Shown in pieces: positions 58,223-64,000 of a stretch of DNA of 64,000 nucleotides. A program made the translations under genes and the position numbers. Under the pieces are notes generated by a model. That model was given only the letters and a program-made list of their open reading frames with translations. It was not told the origin of the DNA and made no database searches. Each line of letters opens with the position of its first letter. Position 1 is the first letter of the stretch. The DNA comes from an uncultured Nitrospiraceae bacterium (GTDB lineage Bacteria > Nitrospirota > Nitrospiria > Nitrospirales > Nitrospiraceae), in NCBI GenBank assembly GCA_963706325.1, contig CAVPLT010000004.1:256001-320000 (forward strand), written 5' to 3'.

Positions 58223-59320
58223 TTATGGGGTCAGTGGACCAGTGATAGGCTTGCCGGTATCTGCCCCGACTGTTGAGGCCATGGCTTCTTGCGGCAGAAT
58301 GCGGAAGTGGGTCACGGCGAACGACACGGCTTGGCCTACGGTAAAGCGGCATCGACGAAACTCTTCCTTGTTCATGCGAGATCGTAGTATCTGGCCATCG
58401 GCAGTTTCAATCTCCAGCCGGTAGGCGACGCCAAGAAAATAGATGTGCCGGAGTTTGGCCTGCTGACGATAGCGGGCCGGATCTTCAGCCACCTTGAGGT
58501 AGTAGGGGCGAAATCCCACCTGCAGTTTACGGCCGTCGTCAAAGCCGGGTGCCGGAAACTCAAGAGAGCCGATCTGAACCTGCTCGCGCCGCACGACCCC
58601 TTCCACTATATTCATCGAACCGATAAATCGAGCGACGAATTCTGTGGCCGGTTCTTCGTACACATCCGCGGGAGACCCGGCCTGTTCCAACTTACCCTTG
58701 GAGAACACGATAATGCGGCCGGATACTTCCATCGCCTCCTCCTGATCGTGGGTGACGAACAGGCTGGTGACATTTAAATCAGTATGCAGGCGGATCAACC
58801 ATTCGCGGAGTTCCTGCCGCACCTTCGCATCGACGGCGCCGAAGGGCTCATCCATCAACAACACGGCGGGCCGGGGCGCCAGCGCGCGGGCAATGGCGAC
58901 GCGCTGGCGTTGTCCGCCGGACAGTTGATGCGGGTAGCGGCCGCCCAATCCTTCCAGACTCATGAGCGTGAGCAGTTCCTGGACACGCTGGTCGCTGTCC
59001 GAACGGCTCCATTTCTTGATCTTCAATCCAAACGAAATGTTGTCGAGCACCGTCAGATGTTTGAAGAGCGCGTAATGCTGAAAGACGAATCCAATATTGC
59101 GCTCCTGCACCGTCAGGTCGTTGACCCGTTTGCCGTCGATGAATATGTCGCCCGCGGTTGGGACTTCCAGCCCGGCGATCAAGCGCAGCACCGTGGTTTT
59201 TCCGCTGCCGCTCGGTCCGAGTAAGCCAAGCAGTTCTCCTTCGTGCACGACGAATGAGACGTTGCCGACCGCCGTTCCAGACCCGAATTTTTTTGTGAGC
59301 CCCCGCACTTCGATTTTCAC
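58223..59320 (-). CDS. cysA: Sulfate/thiosulfate ABC transporter ATPase
   Basis: GPSGSGKT, FVFQHYALF, LSGGQRQR, DEPFGAVDAKVRQELR. Confidence 0.94.
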   Translation of the reverse strand: MKIEVRGLTKKFGSGTAVGNVSFVVHEGELLGLLGPSGSGKTTVLRLIAGLEVPTAGDIFIDGKRVNDLTVQERNIGFVFQHYALFKHLTVLDNISFGLKIKKWSRSDSDQRVQELLTLMSLEGLGGRYPHQLSGGQRQRVAIARALAPRPAVLLMDEPFGAVDAKVRQELREWLIRLHTDLNVTSLFVTHDQEEAMEVSGRIIVFSKGKLEQAGSPADVYEEPATEFVARFIGSMNIVEGVVRREQVQIGSLEFPAPGFDDGRKLQVGFRPYYLKVAEDPARYRQQAKLRHIYFLGVAYRLEIETADGQILRSRMNKEEFRRCRFTVGQAVSFAVTHFRILPQEAMASTVGADTGKPITGPLTP

Positions 59321-59324
59321 CGGG

Positions 59325-60134
59325 TTACTGCGCTCCCGCTTTCGCCACGGTCGTGTCTGCTCTGGCCTTGGCGATCTCCAGCACCGTCAAGATCGCAAAC
59401 GAGACCGCCAGCAATGTCAGCGCGACGGCATTCGCCGCCACATAGTTGAAGTCGACGTAGCTTTGATAGATGTGCAAGGTAGCGGTCTGGGTCAGTGACA
59501 AGATATTGCCGGAGACGACCAGCACGGCGCCGAATTCGCCGATCGCCCGCGCCACGGTGAGCGTCGCGCCATAGACCAGCCCCCAGCGAAGCGCCGGCAG
59601 TGTGACCTTTAAAAAAACCTGCCATTCGCCGGCGCCCAACGTTCTGGCTGCTTCCTCCTCATCGGTGCCCAGCGTTTGTAACAGGGGCGTGAGTTCGCGC
59701 ACCATGAAGGGAAATGTCACAAAGAGGGTCGCAAGGATCATAGCCGGCAAGGCAAACAGTACTTTGATTTGCACATGACCGAAGAACGCGCCCAATAATG
59801 TGTCGGGCCCGAACATCAAAATCAGCATGAACCCCGCGATGACGGGAGACACGGCAAACGGCAGGTCGATCACGCCGCTGACCAGGCTACGACCCCAGAA
59901 CTGTTGGCGTGCCAGCACTAGCGCGGTCATGGTGCCGAAGATCAGATTCAGCACCAACACGATGACTGTAATTTCAGCCGTGAGAGTGAACCCATGCAGC
60001 GCTTCCGGCCGCGAGATCTCCGTCCAAAACGCGTCGATGCCCTGACTGAAACTCTGGTTGGCCAGGTAGAGAATCGGTCCGACCAGCAGAACGAGAAAAT
60101 AGAGCCAGACGATTCCGATCAGGACCCGTCGCAT
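59325..60134 (-). CDS. cysW: Sulfate ABC transporter permease CysW
   Basis: DLPFAVSPVIAG, EEEAARTLGA, GEFGAVLVVSG. Confidence 0.93.
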   Translation of the reverse strand: MRRVLIGIVWLYFLVLLVGPILYLANQSFSQGIDAFWTEISRPEALHGFTLTAEITVIVLVLNLIFGTMTALVLARQQFWGRSLVSGVIDLPFAVSPVIAGFMLILMFGPDTLLGAFFGHVQIKVLFALPAMILATLFVTFPFMVRELTPLLQTLGTDEEEAARTLGAGEWQVFLKVTLPALRWGLVYGATLTVARAIGEFGAVLVVSGNILSLTQTATLHIYQSYVDFNYVAANAVALTLLAVSFAILTVLEIAKARADTTVAKAGAQ

Positions 60135-60185
60135 GCCGATGCCCCCATTACAGTCACGCCATGTGTTACTGCCGGATCCACACTG

Positions 60186-61067
60186 TCAGATCCTCGTGGT
60201 CGATGCAGTCAAACGGCCTGCACGCTCTTCCTTGGCGTGAGCCCATTGAAACCATCGCGGCAATCGCTCTCCCGGTCGGCGTGTTAATCGCTCCAGAACC
60301 AGGAGGACGACAAAAGAAATGAGTAAAATGAACACCGAAACCGACGTGGCGGCTTGCGGATTGTAGCTTTCGATCTCCCCATAGACATACACCGAGGCGA
60401 CCTGCGTCTTCATCGGAATATTGCCCGCTACGATCACGATCGAGCCGAACTCGCCGAGTGCCCGCACGAAGGTGAGGAATACCCCGGTCAGAAGGCCCGG
60501 CAAGACAGACGGAACAGTTACTTTCCAAAACGTCATCCAGGGGCTGGCGCCCAAGGTAAAGGCAGCCTCTTCCTGATCGCGGTCCAATCCCATCAGTACC
60601 GGTTGCAGGGAGCGGATCGTAAAGGGCATGGTGACGAACAGCATGGCGAGAATGATGCCGGGTTGGTTATACAGCACTGCCATGCCGCCCTGTTGCAGCC
60701 ATGTGCCCAGCAAACTAGTCGGGCCATAAATTGCCGCGATCATCAATCCTGCCACAAGCGTGGGAATGGCAAAGGGTAGGTCAACCAACGCATTCAAGAG
60801 CCAGCGTCCCGGAAATTCATACCGCACGAGGACCAGCGCCGAGACGGTGCCGAACACGGCATTGATAGCGGTGGCGATAGCGGCGGTCTCCACAGTGAGC
60901 CAGAGGGCCGCCGCGGCTTGTGGCGCCGCGAGGTCTTGGATGAATCGGTCGAGTCCAGCCGCAACCGATTGCTGAGCCAAGGCCGCAAGCGGAAGAAAAA
61001 TCAGTAGCAGCACATATCCCACCGCGGTCGATCGGAGCGCCAGGCTCAGTAACATGTGAGAGGTCAC
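60186..61067 (-). CDS. cysT: Sulfate ABC transporter permease CysT
   Basis: VDLPFAIPTLVAG, EEAAFTLGA, GEFGSIVIVAGNIP. Confidence 0.93.
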   Translation of the reverse strand: MTSHMLLSLALRSTAVGYVLLLIFLPLAALAQQSVAAGLDRFIQDLAAPQAAAALWLTVETAAIATAINAVFGTVSALVLVRYEFPGRWLLNALVDLPFAIPTLVAGLMIAAIYGPTSLLGTWLQQGGMAVLYNQPGIILAMLFVTMPFTIRSLQPVLMGLDRDQEEAAFTLGASPWMTFWKVTVPSVLPGLLTGVFLTFVRALGEFGSIVIVAGNIPMKTQVASVYVYGEIESYNPQAATSVSVFILLISFVVLLVLERLTRRPGERLPRWFQWAHAKEERAGRLTASTTRI

Positions 61068-61083
61068 GCAAACACCCTGTGCG

Positions 61084-62145
61084 TTATTTTTTGGCTAGAT
61101 CTTCGACGACCTTGGTCCAGAGGCCCTGCGCGCCGAATAATCGTCTACTCACTTTGTCCCAGCCGCCGAGGTCTTCGATGGTAAAGAGCTGCGTCGGTTG
61201 GGGGAATGATGCCGAGGCGCTGGCCTGACGATCAAGGGGTCGAAACCCCAATTCGAGAAAGGCCGCTTGCGCTTCCGGGCCGTGAAGGAATGCGACGAAG
61301 GCGTCGGCGACATCTCTGACCTTGTGACGATCGGCGTACTTGTCGACGACAGCTGCGGGGTTCTCGATCCACACGGTTTCAGCCGGCACGATGATTTCGT
61401 ATGGACGCTGACTCTTCACACGGGGGAGCAATTCGTTTTCATAGGTGACGATCACATCGCCGACGCCCCGCTCGAAGGTCGTCACTGATTCCCGCCCGCT
61501 CTTATCCATGACCTTCACATTGCGTTGAATGCGGGTGAGCAAGTCCGCCGCCTGCGAGTCGGCGGCGTCCGAGGCGACAGGTTTGCCTGCCGCGCGTTGT
61601 TCGGCCAGCTTCAATCCGGCGCCATAGATGGCGATGACATCCCACATCGCGCCGCCGGAGGTCTTCGGATTTGGATAGAGTACCTCCACCCCGGGACGCG
61701 CGGTATCTTCCCAACCCTTGATCCCTTTCGGATTACCCTTGCGGACCCCGAGCGCCACGACCGAGGCGGAAATCATGCCGCCGTGCGGCGCCGTTCTCCA
61801 ATCATGGGCAATCAAACCAGCCTTGGCGATTTGATCGACGTCGCCTTCAAGGGACAACACGGCGACATCTGCGTCGAAACCCCCGATGATGGCACGGGCT
61901 TGGGCGCCGGAGGCGCCATAGGAACTGCGTATCCGCACCTCTTGGCCGGTCTTTTGTTTCCAATGCCGTTGGAAGGCGGGAATGATGTGTCGCTCGTACG
62001 CTTCCTTCGGGACGCTATAGGCCGCGAGTATGAGCTCGCGCGTGTCAGCGGCTTGAAGAGGAATAGACCACAGCGCGAGGATCGAGAACACGACCCCGAA
62101 TGTCACGCGCAGGGTCGCGATGTTATGACCGGTCATGATGGGCAT
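61084..62145 (-). CDS. sbp: Sulfate/thiosulfate-binding periplasmic protein (Sbp/CysP)
   Basis: SYGASGAQARA, VRKGNPKGI, PNPKTSGGA, TYENE. Confidence 0.92.
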   Translation of the reverse strand: MPIMTGHNIATLRVTFGVVFSILALWSIPLQAADTRELILAAYSVPKEAYERHIIPAFQRHWKQKTGQEVRIRSSYGASGAQARAIIGGFDADVAVLSLEGDVDQIAKAGLIAHDWRTAPHGGMISASVVALGVRKGNPKGIKGWEDTARPGVEVLYPNPKTSGGAMWDVIAIYGAGLKLAEQRAAGKPVASDAADSQAADLLTRIQRNVKVMDKSGRESVTTFERGVGDVIVTYENELLPRVKSQRPYEIIVPAETVWIENPAAVVDKYADRHKVRDVADAFVAFLHGPEAQAAFLELGFRPLDRQASASASFPQPTQLFTIEDLGGWDKVSRRLFGAQGLWTKVVEDLAKK

Positions 62146-62584
62146 AGGATCCTTCCGTCTGCTTAGAAAGGGCGAAGCGACTTAAGGTGTAATGGTCAAG
62201 AATGTTGGCAATGGCATCACGCACCTCTCCCATGGCTTCTTGCAGAGGGCAGGAGGCCTTGGTGGCATAGGGACAATCCGAACATTTTTGGTAAGCCGTT
62301 TTGCTGACACAGCTGATCGGCGCCAACGGCCCGTCCAGAATGCGGATGACTTGACCGAGGGTGATTTCTTCCGGGGACTTGATGAGGGAATACCCGCCTC
62401 GAATACCACGTCGACTGGCCAGCAGGCCGGCGCGTTTCAATGCAAGTAAGATTTGTTCGAGAAACTCCACGGGGATGTTTTGACGCTCCGCGATCTCATG
62501 GCGCTGGATCACGCGTCCGCCATAGGTCGCGCACAGTTCGAGCAGCGCGCGCAGGCCATATTCACTTTTCTTGGAAAATCTCAT
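62123..62584 (-). CDS. Rrf2-family transcriptional regulator (CymR/IscR-like, 4 Cys)
   Basis: SEYGLRAL, FLEQIL, SRRGIRGGY, CVSKTAYQKCSDCPYATKASC. Confidence 0.93.
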   Translation of the reverse strand: MRFSKKSEYGLRALLELCATYGGRVIQRHEIAERQNIPVEFLEQILLALKRAGLLASRRGIRGGYSLIKSPEEITLGQVIRILDGPLAPISCVSKTAYQKCSDCPYATKASCPLQEAMGEVRDAIANILDHYTLSRFALSKQTEGSYAHHDRS

Positions 62585-62601
62585 CTGGTAAACGGATTTT
62601 G

Positions 62602-62620
62602 TCTAGTGAGTTACTCAAGA
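62602..62620. promoter_or_regulatory. Candidate Rrf2 operator
   Basis: TGAGT-T-ACTCA palindrome 23-33 bp upstream of the Rrf2 ATG. Confidence 0.5.
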
Positions 62621-62745
62621 ATTCCCAGAATAAACCAGCGCGCGATGTGATTCAAGCTTCTCGTGTGCGACAAGGCCCAGCGGATCGCCCCTTCTGATGT
62701 TCGGGGATGGTCTCCGCAACCTATTGAAATCGGACGCTCTGTTTC

Positions 62746-62775
62746 TTGACACCCTCTCACCGTTCTTGCTAGCTT
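62746..62775 (+). promoter_or_regulatory. Candidate sigma70 promoter of glyQS
   Basis: TTGACA-N18-TAGCTT with extended TG. Confidence 0.5.
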
Positions 62776-62830
62776 CAGCCTACTTTTCTTCAGCCTTCAT
62801 AAGCAGCCCGCTGCTAGATCTGGACATCCG

Positions 62831-63751
62831 GTGAATTTCCAAGACCTCATTTTGACGCTGCACCGATTTTGGTCGGATCGTGGATGTGTAATTCATCAAC
62901 CATACGATTTAGAAATGGGCGCAGGGACTTTTCATCCGGCGACGTTTTTACGATCACTGGGTCCTGAACCCTGGCGCGCCGCCTATCCGCAAGCCTGCCG
63001 CCGGCCGACCGACGGCCGTTACGGCGAAAATCCCAACCGCATGCAGCACTATTACCAGTATCAGGTCGTGTTAAAGCCCGCGCCGGACAATATCCAGGAC
63101 CTGTATCTGGAGAGCCTCAAACAGCTGGGGATAGATCCCAAGAAGCACGACATTCGATTTGTGCAGGACGATTGGGAGTCGCCCACGCTCGGCGCCTGGG
63201 GACTGGGCTGGGAAGTCCGGCTCGACGGCATGGAGATTACCCAGTTCACCTATTTTCAGGAGATCGGCGGCATTCCCTTGAATCCCATCACCGGCGAAAT
63301 CACCTATGGAACAGAACGCATCGCGATGTACCTCCAGCAGGTCGACAACGTGTACGATCTGACCTGGACCGATGGCGTTACCTATGGCGATGTCCACCAC
63401 CGCAGCGAGGTGGAGTTCTCGCGCTACAATTTCGAGGAAGGGGATGTGCCCATGCTCATGGCCACCTTCCAGTCCTTTGAGGGAGAGTGCAAGCGCCTGT
63501 TGGATAAGAACCTGACATTGCCGGCCTATGATTATTGCATCAAGACCTCGCACATGTTCAATCTGCTCGACGCGCGCGGAGCCATCAGCGTGACCGAACG
63601 AACCTCCTACATCGGCCGCGTGCGGGCGCTGGCCCGTCGCTGCGCGGAATCGTATCTCGCCGATCGCGAGGCGATGGGACACCCCTTGATCAAGCAACCG
63701 GCTCGAGCAGGCAAGGGCTCCTCCAGCCACTCAGCCGTAGCCACCAAGTAG
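62831..63751 (+). CDS. glyQ: Glycyl-tRNA synthetase alpha subunit
   Basis: [38 protein letters not shown]. Confidence 0.98.
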   Translation: MNFQDLILTLHRFWSDRGCVIHQPYDLEMGAGTFHPATFLRSLGPEPWRAAYPQACRRPTDGRYGENPNRMQHYYQYQVVLKPAPDNIQDLYLESLKQLGIDPKKHDIRFVQDDWESPTLGAWGLGWEVRLDGMEITQFTYFQEIGGIPLNPITGEITYGTERIAMYLQQVDNVYDLTWTDGVTYGDVHHRSEVEFSRYNFEEGDVPMLMATFQSFEGECKRLLDKNLTLPAYDYCIKTSHMFNLLDARGAISVTERTSYIGRVRALARRCAESYLADREAMGHPLIKQPARAGKGSSSHSAVATK

Positions 63752-63771
63752 CTGCAGGGCAGTACCTTACG

Positions 63772-64000
63772 ATGCTATCCAAAAAGACCATGACGAAGAC
63801 TGCCTCACGCTCCAAAGTTTCCAAAGCTCCGGCGACCACAGAATTGCTTCTCGAAATCGGGACAGAGGAACTGCCCTATCAGTTTGTGGCCCCAGCGCGA
63901 CGCGCCCTGCAACAAGCGGCGGAGACGTTGCTGAAAGACTTCCGGCTCACTTATGGCTCCATCCGTACGATGGGCACTCCGCGGCGGTTGGTGCTGTTGA
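63772..64000 (+). CDS. glyS: Glycyl-tRNA synthetase beta subunit, 5' part (runs off the window end)
   Basis: Manual translation: ...ELLLEIGTEELPYQF...MGTPRRLVL. Confidence 0.93.
   Translation, partial: MLSKKTMTKTASRSKVSKAPATTELLLEIGTEELPYQFVAPARRALQQAAETLLKDFRLTYGSIRTMGTPRRLVLL

Noticed and set aside
1..64000. CRISPR arrays, tRNA/rRNA, IS or integrase, prophage genes
   Set aside because: No regularly spaced direct repeats, tRNA T-loop/acceptor patterns, transposase or phage ORFs were seen by eye. Short elements could have been missed.

Overview
This is a bacterial chromosomal segment with moderately high GC. Gene order and protein style suggest Nitrospira/Nitrospirota, which is my inference and has not been database-checked. 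Most of it is housekeeping: proS-rseP-dxr-cdsA-uppS, tldD-tldE, family-4 UDG, hpnDE, moaCDEA, accD-folC-lptD, trxA-recN, bcp, fabI, an Rrf2 regulator with sbp-cysTWA, and glyQS. I found no rRNA, tRNA, CRISPR array or IS element. The most unusual part is a minus-strand signalling cluster at 36.9-45.3 kb. Its 1399-aa lead protein reads REC-PAS-pseudo-histidine kinase-PilZ-PilZ-LuxD-like hydrolase-SAM methyltransferase. It is followed by an intact GAF-like histidine kinase, a sigma54 activator, and a degenerate REC-HD-GYP protein that has a candidate sigma54 promoter and enhancer palindrome. Next to this cluster is a secreted protein with the copper-ligand pattern of PHM/DBH-type monooxygenases. 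Other points of note: MoaD ends GG-SR and sits in frame with moaE across a single TAG; a FolB-methyltransferase fusion is probably leaderless; there is a Ser/Thr kinase-PP2C-FHA module and a metacaspase; three small ORFs were missed by the ORF track; and there is a multiply broken DUF3943-like pseudogene. All family calls come from motif recognition by eye.
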